The notes under the pieces: model-generated
What the model saw: the letters and a program-made list of their open reading frames with translations, nothing else
What the model was told of the DNA's origin: nothing
Database searches by the model: none
In this document: in pieces, positions 1 to 8,886 of the stretch
Layout: each line of letters begins with the position of its first letter
Numbering within the stretch: the first letter of the stretch is position 1
Made by a program: the position numbers and the translations under genes
Source: Candidatus Hermodarchaeota archaeon
GTDB lineage: Archaea > Asgardarchaeota > Lokiarchaeia > Sigyniarchaeales > SOKP01
Reading direction: 5' to 3'
Assembly (NCBI GenBank): GCA_048885535.1
Contig: JBHLLO010000047.1
Location: forward strand, 1 to 22,294
Length of the DNA stretch: 22,294 bases

Positions 1-65
1 AAGAATTCTTTTTTTGCGGGTTCCCATCCAGCAGCTACAACCTTAATTTTAAATGAGCTAGACAT
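1..65 (-). CDS. 5' end of a gene running off the left edge (MSSSFKIKVVAAGWEPAKKEF...); possibly a small-GTPase-like fold with a degenerate P-loop
   Basis: ATG at 65-63 preceded by a G-rich SD (GGGGGG, 80-75); frame open to the edge. FKIKVVAAG resembles strand beta1 of Ras-like proteins but GxxxxGKT is absent. Confidence 0.5.
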   Translation of the reverse strand, partial: MSSSFKIKVVAAGWEPAKKEF

Positions 66-212
66 TGTTAAGTTCCCCCCGTATAAATTTTAATAATTAT
101 AATTCTTGATGAAAAAGAAAATCCACTAATATAAATCTAACTTTTCATTTAAAGAAGATTTAATTTTTTTTTTTATTATAAAAAGAAAAGAAATAGCGGT
201 TCTAGAGTTAAA

Positions 213-2150
213 TCAATTTAGTTCCTCTTGGTCTTCACCATTTAATCCGATTAGTTTCTTGAATTCTGGCAAATCTTTAATGTTTACCAGGAAGCGATCA
301 GTTTTCGCCCATTCTTTAAACTTCTTATCGATTTCGATTGCCTTTCTCAATAATTCTAAAGCTTTTTTACTATTTTTATTTACTGCTTCAATACAGGCGC
401 AATTATATATAATATCACCATTGGTGGGATAACCCTTTATAGCTTTATCAAAATACTGCTTAGCTTTTCCATAATTTCCCAAAAACAGGTTTGCATTTCC
501 AACATTATTCTGTACAACAGCTATATCTGCTTTATGAGCCTTTTTCTCTCTATAAGGTAATGCTTCGAGATCTTCTAAAGATTCTAGATACTTCTTTTCT
601 GCTTTAGCGTATTGGTAAGTGTTCAAGTAAAAATGTCCAACTTTATTTTGCGCTACCATATAATCAATAGAATATAGACTAGGATCTCGCTCTGAGAGTT
701 CTTTTTTGGTATTTAAGTGTTCAAGATACATCTCTTCTGCATCTCCAAGTCGTCGTAAATGAATATATAGGGTTGCTAGATCTTCTTGAATAATTGCGAG
801 ATAAGGAAGTTGTTTATCAGGGTATTGTTCGGCGAGCTTACTCCTAATTTTTAAAGCTTCAAGATACATCCGTTCAGCTTCATTAAGTTTATTCATTTCA
901 ACGTAATTCAATCCCAGATTGCTATAGGTTGTAGCCACATCAGCTAAGTGACCATCATAACATGTTTTTGCATACAATTTCTTTAATGTTGGCTCATCCA
1001 AAACAGTCCCTTTAGATTCTCCCAAAAGGTCTAGATCGATATAAACATGGCCAATTTCTTCCTGACTTTTATTAAGATCAGGTAAATAGATGTCATGAAA
1101 CTCCTTTAATGTCTCCCTGTAATCCTCAAAAGCTTCCTGACACAACTTCTCAGGATCCAAATCGATAGGTAAATCAACCTCTGGTTTCTTATAAATGGGA
1201 GTTTCTGGCTTTCCTTCGAATTTGATATCTTCCTCCTCAATTGTAAAAATATCCTTGTATTTTTCTTCTACTTCATTGTAAAGGTTCAGTGCTTTGAGAA
1301 AGATTTTTTCTGCTTCCTCAAATCTTTTGAGATCCGCATAGAGATTTCCCAGATGATTATGAACTGTTGCAACGTAAGGTAAGTAGATTTTGTAATAAGT
1401 TTTGGCTAATTCCTTATAAGTCTCTAATGCATCTAAATAAGCTTTTTCCGCTTCCTTCTGTCTTCCAGCATCAGCATAAAGATTCCCAAGCGCTACCAAG
1501 ATCGGAGCTTTATATTTATCTTCTAATCCAACCATCTTCTCGCCAATTACAATAAGCTCTGGGATTCCAAAACCAGCCACTCGCAGCATATTGTAAACTC
1601 CTAGGAATCCTATTGCAAGCTCGTCATTAATAGCAATTTGGGATTGATGATGCAAAATTTCTGTAACGTTGTAGTATTCTTCTGGGAAAATTTTACTCTT
1701 TTCTTCATAATAGGCTACAGCCTTTTCATGGCAGCTTTTATCGGCTAACTTTAGCATCGCTTTCTGAACGTACTCTGATGCAAAATCAAGAGTTCCTTCC
1801 TGCTCCCCCTTTTTAATTAATAATCCCGTTTCTACCAATTTGTTTATCTTATCTTGAACATTGCCCCCATTGTAGGATTTTTCGACGGTTTTACGGTCAA
1901 TATTAGTTTTTATTTTGGTATTCAATACGCTTAAATTTTTGAGCAATTCTATAGCCCCAGAAGAAGTAGAAAGAATTTTTTCTATGATTTTTGGATAAAG
2001 ATCGATTATAGCTTCCTTTTTCTTGAAATCAAAAGTCTCTAATTCATCCAAATGCAGAACTTGATAATTATTTTCTATAAGTTTTCTCAATATTTCATGG
2101 TTTTTGGGAATTTCTTTTATAATCTTTGCTAATTTTTCCGGTAGTGTTAT
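213..2150 (-). CDS. TPR protein with STAND-type helical/winged-helix N-terminus; effector-less, NTPase-less paralog of 18396..21653
   Basis: 625-aa ORF from TTG 2090; frame open to 2156 and homology continues upstream, so the start may be ATA 2150. Shares LSVLNT.(I/L).TNIDR, (C/S)HEKA..YYE, 46-aa YLP.VA....NLG.LY TPRs and C-terminal YN.AC...K.KALE.L.KAI..D with 18396..21653. Confidence 0.85.
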   Translation of the reverse strand: MTLPEKLAKIIKEIPKNHEILRKLIENNYQVLHLDELETFDFKKKEAIIDLYPKIIEKILSTSSGAIELLKNLSVLNTKIKTNIDRKTVEKSYNGGNVQDKINKLVETGLLIKKGEQEGTLDFASEYVQKAMLKLADKSCHEKAVAYYEEKSKIFPEEYYNVTEILHHQSQIAINDELAIGFLGVYNMLRVAGFGIPELIVIGEKMVGLEDKYKAPILVALGNLYADAGRQKEAEKAYLDALETYKELAKTYYKIYLPYVATVHNHLGNLYADLKRFEEAEKIFLKALNLYNEVEEKYKDIFTIEEEDIKFEGKPETPIYKKPEVDLPIDLDPEKLCQEAFEDYRETLKEFHDIYLPDLNKSQEEIGHVYIDLDLLGESKGTVLDEPTLKKLYAKTCYDGHLADVATTYSNLGLNYVEMNKLNEAERMYLEALKIRSKLAEQYPDKQLPYLAIIQEDLATLYIHLRRLGDAEEMYLEHLNTKKELSERDPSLYSIDYMVAQNKVGHFYLNTYQYAKAEKKYLESLEDLEALPYREKKAHKADIAVVQNNVGNANLFLGNYGKAKQYFDKAIKGYPTNGDIIYNCACIEAVNKNSKKALELLRKAIEIDKKFKEWAKTDRFLVNIKDLPEFKKLIGLNGEDQEELN

Positions 2151-2383
2151 ATTAATTCACTTCCAAATTGTTTTTATTTTATATCATTAATTGAAATTAT
2201 TTGTTCATTATTTCTTCTTTTGTTAAATAAGTATAATAATATTTTATTCATAATAAACTTAAAATTTTGATTCCTCATTATAAGAATTTTTTGTAACAAG
2301 AAAAAATTGTTATTTGAATAATATCTCAAAAGTGGTTTTAATAAACATTTTACAAGAGTGTATATCATTAAATTTACAACTTT

Positions 2384-2397
2384 GAAAAACTATAAAA
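2384..2397 (+). promoter_or_regulatory. Putative archaeal BRE/TATA box for the LRR-TIR gene, within a divergent intergenic region
   Basis: GAAAAACTATAAAA about 80 nt upstream of ATG 2475; resembles motifs at 11492, 14744 and 18341. AT-rich background limits certainty. Confidence 0.35.
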
Positions 2398-2474
2398 AAA
2401 AAAACATCTTAAATTTATCTGTTAAAAATTTTTATTCAATAATAAAATGAGATCTAATAAATAACGGTGTTAAT

Positions 2475-5400
2475 ATGAGTAGTGAATATGTCATTGTTGA
2501 CGATAAAAGGTATAATGTGGAAAATAACCTTTTAAATTTAAGCGGTTTAGGAATTTACGATATTTCGGAAATTGAAGGATTAGATCGCTTACCTAACCTT
2601 ATTGGATTAAACCTTAATAATAATAATCTTACACAGCTTAGAGGCATAAGTCATTTAACTCAACTTCAAATATTATCAGCTGAAAATAATCAGATAAGAA
2701 CAATTACAGGTTTAGAGAACTTAACTGATCTCTTTGCAATAGGGCTTGGTAATAACGAGATAACAGAAATCTATGGGTTAGAAAATCTGATTAAACTCCA
2801 AATTTTAACACTTTCTAGTAATCATATAAGAGAAATCAAGGGCTTGAATAGTCTCATCAACCTCCAGACTTTATACATCAATAACAATGAAATTAAAGAT
2901 ATTAAGAGTTTAGAAAACTTAAGGAATCTGCAAAGATTAAGACTTGATGGCAATCAAATTACAGAAATCAGAGGTTTAGAAAATCTAACCTATCTACAAG
3001 AATTACAACTTCATAATAATTTGATCAAAGAAATTAGAGGATTGAATAATCTCTCGAACCTTCAGACTTTATACATCAATAACAATGAAATTAAAGAAAT
3101 TAAGGGTTTAGAAAATTTAAGGAATCTACAGACTTTAACTCTTAATAATAATCAAATTGAAGAGTTTAAGGGGATAGGAAATTTAGTTTATCTACAACAA
3201 TTACAGCTCCATAATAATCAGATCAGAGAAATTAAAGGTGTAGAAAACCTGACTAACCTTCAGCTCTTGCATCTTGATGGGAACAGAATTGAAGACATAA
3301 GACCATTAGCAAAACTAATCAATCTCCAAGAATTATTCCTTTTTGATAATCAGATTAAGGATATAAGCAGCTTGACGAATTTAACTAATCTGGTAGATTT
3401 ACGCCTTTTCAATAATCAAATCATAGATATCAAAGCTATAGAAAAGATGCTTCAACTCGAAAAATTGGCACTTGATGGTAATCAAATTACAGAAATCAAA
3501 AGTTTGGATAAATTAACCAAAATTCAAATATTACAACTCCATAATAATCAGATCAAAGAAATCAAAGGTTTGGAAAATCTGACTCAAGTTCAGTTGTTAT
3601 ATCTTAATAACAATCAAATTAGGGAGATTAAAGGTTTACAAAATCTTAGTTCTTTACAAGAATTGTATCTCAATAACAATGAGATTAAAGAAATTAAGGA
3701 TTTAGAAAATATGGTTAATTTACAAAGGTTAACACTTGAAAATAATCATATCACTGAAATTAAGGGCTTGGAATTTTTAAATAATCTGCAAGATTTAAGA
3801 CTTTTTAATAATAATATCGCAGAGATCAAGGGTCTGGAAAATCTGACTAACCTTCAAATTTTATATCTCGATGATAATAAAATTGATGAAATAAAAGGTT
3901 TAAAAAATCTGAGAAATCTCCAAGAGTTATACCTATTTAATAATCAGATTAACGAAATTAGGGGTTTAGAAAGTTTAACTAATCTCAACGCATTGCATCT
4001 TTATAATAATCAAATTACAGAAATTAAAGGATTGGAACGTCTGACTAACCTTCAAATACTATTACTTGATAGTAATAAGATCAAGGAAATAAAAGGCTTA
4101 AGTAATTTGCACAATCTCCAACAATTATTCCTTTTTGGTAATGAGATCACGAATATGAATGGTCTAGAAAATTTAATTAATCTACAAGATTTACGCCTTT
4201 ATAATAATCAAATCACAGAAATTAAGGGCATGGAAAAAATGGTTTATCTCCAAAAATTAGCACTCGATGGTAATCAAATTACAGAAATCAAGGGCTTGGA
4301 AAACTCACCTGGTATTCAGATATTACAGCTCCATAGAAATCAAATCTCAGAGATTGAAGGTTTGGATCATCTTACTAACCTCCAAATTTTATATCTAAAT
4401 GAAAATAAAATTGAGGAAATAAAAGGTTTAGAAAATATGAGAAATCTTCAAGAATTATACCTTTTTAACAATCAAATTGGGGAAATAAAGAACTTAGATA
4501 ATTTAACCATGCTTAAGGCATTGCATCTTTATAATAATCAAATAACGGAGATTAAAGGGTTGGATAATCTTACTCAACTTCAAGTTTTGTATCTCGATGG
4601 CAATAGAATAGAAAAAATAGAAGGTTTAACAAATTTGATGAATTTACGAGATTTATCCCTTTTTGAAAATCAGATTAAGGAGATAAGGGGTCTAGAAAAC
4701 TCAGTTAATCTGGAAGATTTACGTATTTACAATAATGAAATTACACAAATCACGGGCTTAGAAAATCTGTTTAATCTCAAAAAATTAGCACTTGATGGTA
4801 ATCAGATTACAGAAGTTAAGGGCTTGGAAAATTCAACGAACATTCAAATTTTACAACTCCATAATAATCAAATAAGAGATATTAGTGGATTGCGAAATAT
4901 GATTAACCTTACGGTTTTACATCTTGATGGTAATCAAATTGAAAACATAGAAGCATTGAGAAGTTTGATCAATCTTGAACAATTATTCCTTTTTAATAAT
5001 CAAATTAAAGATACTAGTAGCTTAAGAAATTTAACTCGTTTAACAGATCTACGCCTATTTAATAACCAAATTACAGAAATCAGGGGTTTAGAGAACATGA
5101 TATATCTCCAAAAATTAGGACTCGATGGTAATCAAATTACTGAAATCAAGGGCTTGGAGAACTCACCTTACATCCAAATATTACAACTCCATAACAATCA
5201 AATTTCAGAGATTAAGGGTTTAGAAAATCTTACTAACCTTGAGGTATTGTATCTAAATAATAATAATATTAGGGAAATAAAAGGGTTAACAAATGCTGTC
5301 AATCTCCAAGAATTGTTTCTAAATAATAACCAGATTCAGGAAATTAAAGGGTTAGACCATTTGACTAATATGCAAAATTTATATCTTAATAACAATAATA

Positions 5401-7667
5401 TTACTGAAATAAAAGGTTTAGAAAACATGGTTAATCTTCAAAAATTGACACTAGAACATAATCAGATAACAGAAATCAAGGGTTTAGAGAGACAATTCAA
5501 TCTGCAGTTATTACAACTCCAGATCAATAATATCACACAGACCAAGGGCTTAGAAAATTTGACTAATCTTCAAACCTTAAATCTCAGTGATAACAAAGTT
5601 GAGGATGTAAAAGGGCTAGCAAACTTGAGGAATCTTCAAGAATTATTCCTATTTAGTAATCAAATTAAGGATACTAAAGGTTTAGAAAATTTAAGAAATC
5701 TTCAACAACTACAAATCTATTATAATCAGATCGTAGATATAAAGGGTTTAGAAAATTTGATCAAACTTCAGAAATTATTCCTTTTCGGGAACAAAATTAA
5801 AAACATCACACCATTAACAAATCTAAGTAATCTTGAAATATTAGCCCTAAATAATAATGAAATCGCAGAAATCAAGGCCTTAAGAAATTTGATTCGCCTA
5901 CAAGTATTATTTCTTGAAAATAATCAAATAGAAGAAATTAAGAGTTTAGAAAATTTAACTAATATGCAAGAGTTGTATCTTGATAGTAATATGATAAGAG
6001 AGATCAAGGGATTGGAAAACATGGTTTATCTCCAAAAATTGACTCTCACTAATAACCAGATCACAAAAACCAAAGGTTTGGAAAACTTACAGAATCTGCA
6101 GTTATTAGAACTACAGAATAATCAAATTACAGAAATCGAGGGTTTGGAAAAACTGAGTAACCTTCAGAAGTTAAATTTAGAGAATAATAAACTCTCAGAA
6201 ATTAAGGGATTAGAAAGGATGGTTAATCTTGAATATCTAAATCTGAGTAGAAACGAAATAGTAAAGATGAATAACTTGAATAATTTAAAAAATTTGCAAG
6301 AATTATATCTTATAGGCAATAAAATTGAGGAGATTACCAATTTAGACAATTTAATAAATCTTAGAAAATTATTTCTTAAAAACAATAATATTGTTGAGGT
6401 TAAGGGTTTAGAAAACCTTGAAAATCTTGAATTCGTGAGTTTATTCGGAAATCCAATTAAAATGGAGGAACAAGAATACGTTAGTAAAGACATTCCTACA
6501 ATCTTACAGTTTTGCAAAGAAAAAGTAAGGGGGGTCATAAAAGAGATTCCAAAAGAAGAAGAGAAAATTGAAGAAAGAGTAGCAAGAGTTATTGATTTTG
6601 AATTTCTAAGTCGGCGAGCTGTAGGTGTGGATGGGTTTAAAAAAGCCTTTAATATAGCTTTTGAAAGGTATCATGAATTACTAGATTCTCCAGAAGATTA
6701 TTCAGATCTTGACTCTTCATTTCTTATTTCTAAAAAAGATGAAGTAATGAATAAATATCAATTTCCGACATTATACGATTTAGTATTAATTATGAAATAT
6801 GATTTAAATTTAGCCAAAAAAGTCGGAAAGTATTTATTAGATGAAGGTGCTATACCAAAATTCCCTAGAATCCCTGATTTTGAAAAAGTCAAAGATTTCA
6901 TAATTACTTTATCAAAATATGAAAAATATTATCCAATAGATACACTATGCGAAGAAAAGGAGATTGATTGCATCCATCTTAAGGACTATATCAGAGAGTT
7001 GATTGATTCTCAAGAATTAAACGTAAAAATTGATGAGAATGAATCTAAAATTATCTTTCTTGGGCAAGAAGGAAAAGTAAAAGCACAAGAGACTGTTCCG
7101 AAATCGGAAGCTACTGCAATGGAGGACGAAAAGAAAGAAAAACGATTTGAAGAACGCACTGACAAAACAAAACCGGGTCCGCCAGAAGAACCTATTAGCC
7201 CTCCTGCTCCAAAACCTATTCCTCCTCCTCCTCCACCTGAGGGAAAGATAAAGATATTCTTAAGCTATTCAAGTTTAGATTCAACAATATTCAATATTGA
7301 GGAAATTGTAAAGGAACTAAAAACCAATATTTTAAATGTTCAAGTAGATTGGATGGATAACCCAAAAAATACGGAAAGAAAATGGATGGATTTTATGAAT
7401 GAAAAAGTACCTCAATGTGATATTTTATTGCTAATCTGTTCGCCTAATTCAAAAAACTCAGATATGGTAATAGAAGAATGGCAAATGGCTGTAAGAAAAA
7501 AGAAGGTTGTAATCCCTATCTTTTATGAGAACGAATACATTCCAGATATACTTGAAACTTATAAAGGTTTTAAGTTTAATATATTTGACCCTAGAACCTC
7601 TATTAAAGGACTAATAGACCATATTAGAGGAAGATTGGAAGGACAAGTTCTTGATCGAATGGTTTAG
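2475..7667 (+). CDS. Giant cytosolic LRR (SDS22-like) + PCI-like winged helix + polyproline linker + TIR domain protein
   Basis: 59 in-register 22-aa LxxLxxLxLxxNxIxxIxGLxx units plus an N-terminal partial one. C-terminal KIFLSYS...CDILLLICSPNSKNSDMVIEEW...VIPIF is a TIR (TIR_2-like) domain with conserved Glu. No signal peptide or TM segment. Confidence 0.93.
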   Translation: MSSEYVIVDDKRYNVENNLLNLSGLGIYDISEIEGLDRLPNLIGLNLNNNNLTQLRGISHLTQLQILSAENNQIRTITGLENLTDLFAIGLGNNEITEIYGLENLIKLQILTLSSNHIREIKGLNSLINLQTLYINNNEIKDIKSLENLRNLQRLRLDGNQITEIRGLENLTYLQELQLHNNLIKEIRGLNNLSNLQTLYINNNEIKEIKGLENLRNLQTLTLNNNQIEEFKGIGNLVYLQQLQLHNNQIREIKGVENLTNLQLLHLDGNRIEDIRPLAKLINLQELFLFDNQIKDISSLTNLTNLVDLRLFNNQIIDIKAIEKMLQLEKLALDGNQITEIKSLDKLTKIQILQLHNNQIKEIKGLENLTQVQLLYLNNNQIREIKGLQNLSSLQELYLNNNEIKEIKDLENMVNLQRLTLENNHITEIKGLEFLNNLQDLRLFNNNIAEIKGLENLTNLQILYLDDNKIDEIKGLKNLRNLQELYLFNNQINEIRGLESLTNLNALHLYNNQITEIKGLERLTNLQILLLDSNKIKEIKGLSNLHNLQQLFLFGNEITNMNGLENLINLQDLRLYNNQITEIKGMEKMVYLQKLALDGNQITEIKGLENSPGIQILQLHRNQISEIEGLDHLTNLQILYLNENKIEEIKGLENMRNLQELYLFNNQIGEIKNLDNLTMLKALHLYNNQITEIKGLDNLTQLQVLYLDGNRIEKIEGLTNLMNLRDLSLFENQIKEIRGLENSVNLEDLRIYNNEITQITGLENLFNLKKLALDGNQITEVKGLENSTNIQILQLHNNQIRDISGLRNMINLTVLHLDGNQIENIEALRSLINLEQLFLFNNQIKDTSSLRNLTRLTDLRLFNNQITEIRGLENMIYLQKLGLDGNQITEIKGLENSPYIQILQLHNNQISEIKGLENLTNLEVLYLNNNNIREIKGLTNAVNLQELFLNNNQIQEIKGLDHLTNMQNLYLNNNNITEIKGLENMVNLQKLTLEHNQITEIKGLERQFNLQLLQLQINNITQTKGLENLTNLQTLNLSDNKVEDVKGLANLRNLQELFLFSNQIKDTKGLENLRNLQQLQIYYNQIVDIKGLENLIKLQKLFLFGNKIKNITPLTNLSNLEILALNNNEIAEIKALRNLIRLQVLFLENNQIEEIKSLENLTNMQELYLDSNMIREIKGLENMVYLQKLTLTNNQITKTKGLENLQNLQLLELQNNQITEIEGLEKLSNLQKLNLENNKLSEIKGLERMVNLEYLNLSRNEIVKMNNLNNLKNLQELYLIGNKIEEITNLDNLINLRKLFLKNNNIVEVKGLENLENLEFVSLFGNPIKMEEQEYVSKDIPTILQFCKEKVRGVIKEIPKEEEKIEERVARVIDFEFLSRRAVGVDGFKKAFNIAFERYHELLDSPEDYSDLDSSFLISKKDEVMNKYQFPTLYDLVLIMKYDLNLAKKVGKYLLDEGAIPKFPRIPDFEKVKDFIITLSKYEKYYPIDTLCEEKEIDCIHLKDYIRELIDSQELNVKIDENESKIIFLGQEGKVKAQETVPKSEATAMEDEKKEKRFEERTDKTKPGPPEEPISPPAPKPIPPPPPPEGKIKIFLSYSSLDSTIFNIEEIVKELKTNILNVQVDWMDNPKNTERKWMDFMNEKVPQCDILLLICSPNSKNSDMVIEEWQMAVRKKKVVIPIFYENEYIPDILETYKGFKFNIFDPRTSIKGLIDHIRGRLEGQVLDRMV
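2589..6460 (+). repeat. Coding tandem repeat, 66-nt period, 59 LRR units
   Basis: Manual parsing of the translation into 22-aa units without indels. Confidence 0.92.
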
Positions 7668-7684
7668 ATTAAAATCTTTACTAA

Positions 7685-7694
7685 TTTTTTTTTT
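7685..7694 (+). terminator. Oligo-T archaeal terminator after the LRR-TIR gene
   Basis: Run of 10 T about 18 nt after stop 7667. Confidence 0.55.
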
Positions 7695-7781
7695 GAAATT
7701 ATTTACCAATCACACTTTACCTTCTATTTAAAAAATTACCTTATATTTTTTTTCTTTAAAATCCACTTTTGAGAAAAAGGG

Positions 7782-7805
7782 AACTGTTATTCTAACTGTT
7801 ATTCT
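7782..7805. repeat. Perfect 12-bp tandem duplication (AACTGTTATTCT x2)
   Basis: Directly visible at 7782-7793 and 7794-7805. Confidence 0.85.
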
Positions 7806-8252
7806 AAGTCCTTCTCGAATTGATTTATATCCGTCATTAACTCGATTCCAATTTGTTAATAACCTAAAAAGCCTTTTAGTTTATTAAGTAGAGGGGAACA
7901 AGAAATTTTAGCTTATAATTTAACTGATGCCGTACGTGATGCTTTTAAAAAAGATCGTGATCAACTTGAGATTAGATAGAATAAATCAAAAACTATAATT
8001 TAGTCAAGAAGGGAAGAGATGCATATATAACTTATATTAGAATTTTACGGGGTTTTATTTAAAAATAATAGATTACGATTTATCTCCTACTTCTTTATCC
8101 ACGGTGAAAATATTTAACTAGCAGACTCAGATTTCTAATTAAAAAAATATATTCTAAATTAAATTATTTTAAGATTTTTGACAAAAAAATAACTTTTTAA
8201 ATTTGATTAACTTAATTTTTAGTTACGTTAAAAATTGAGATAATTGATTATA

Positions 8253-8846
8253 ATGCCAGATTCAGAACAAAATGACAGAATGTATATAGAAAATTCAAAT
8301 GTGAAGGATTGGATTCAAATTGGTGGATTCTTAATTGCCGCGCAATTAACTATAATTGCACTTATTTGGCAGAGAGCACCAGATTATGGTATTTATACTG
8401 TAACATTATTATTGATGCTCTCATTTGCATTTTTAGTCAATTCAGTTTTTTCAAACTCCAAAGCTAATTTTCTCGTGAAATTAATACAGAATAAGGATGA
8501 GACTGAGAAAAATAAAGCCAAATATACTGAAAGATTTAAACGAGTAGAAAAATTTGGCTACTTAACTTTTAATATAGCTTATTCTTGCTCAATTTTTGGT
8601 TTTACACTATTAGCATATGAATACATGTTATATTTTATAGGGGAAGTATTAATTGTGGTTCTTCTGCCAATAATCTTTATAATTGTCATATGGTGTTTAT
8701 TAATAGTCTATACAATTGCCAAATCCCCAGGTAGAGTTATGAAGGAGTTATTCGAACCTCACAAAATTCTAGGCGTTTTAATTGAACTTGGTTGCTTAAT
8801 TCTAATTGTGTTTGACTTTTTCAATGCTGCATTTGTAATTCCTTAA
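8253..8846 (+). CDS. Hypothetical integral membrane protein, about 5 TM helices
   Basis: Five hydrophobic stretches (WIQIGGFLIAAQLTIIALIW; IYTVTLLLMLSFAFLVNSVF; LTFNIAYSCSIFGFTLLAY; VLIVVLLPIIFIIVIWCLLIVY; ILGVLIELGCLILIVFDFF). ATG 8253 preferred over TTG 8244. Confidence 0.8.
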   Translation: MPDSEQNDRMYIENSNVKDWIQIGGFLIAAQLTIIALIWQRAPDYGIYTVTLLLMLSFAFLVNSVFSNSKANFLVKLIQNKDETEKNKAKYTERFKRVEKFGYLTFNIAYSCSIFGFTLLAYEYMLYFIGEVLIVVLLPIIFIIVIWCLLIVYTIAKSPGRVMKELFEPHKILGVLIELGCLILIVFDFFNAAFVIP

Positions 8847-8886
8847 AAATCTAAAATTAATTTCTTTTCTTTTTAAAGATTCATAA

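Noticed and set aside
2174-2368. 64-aa minus-strand ORF upstream of the headless TPR gene, as a possible lost NTPase fragment
   Set aside because: Low-complexity AT-rich translation with no Walker motifs or visible similarity to the paralog; lies in a divergent promoter region.
2475-7667. Roco (LRR-Roc-COR) or TIR-NB-LRR assignment
   Set aside because: No GxxxxGK(S/T) motif anywhere after the LRRs.
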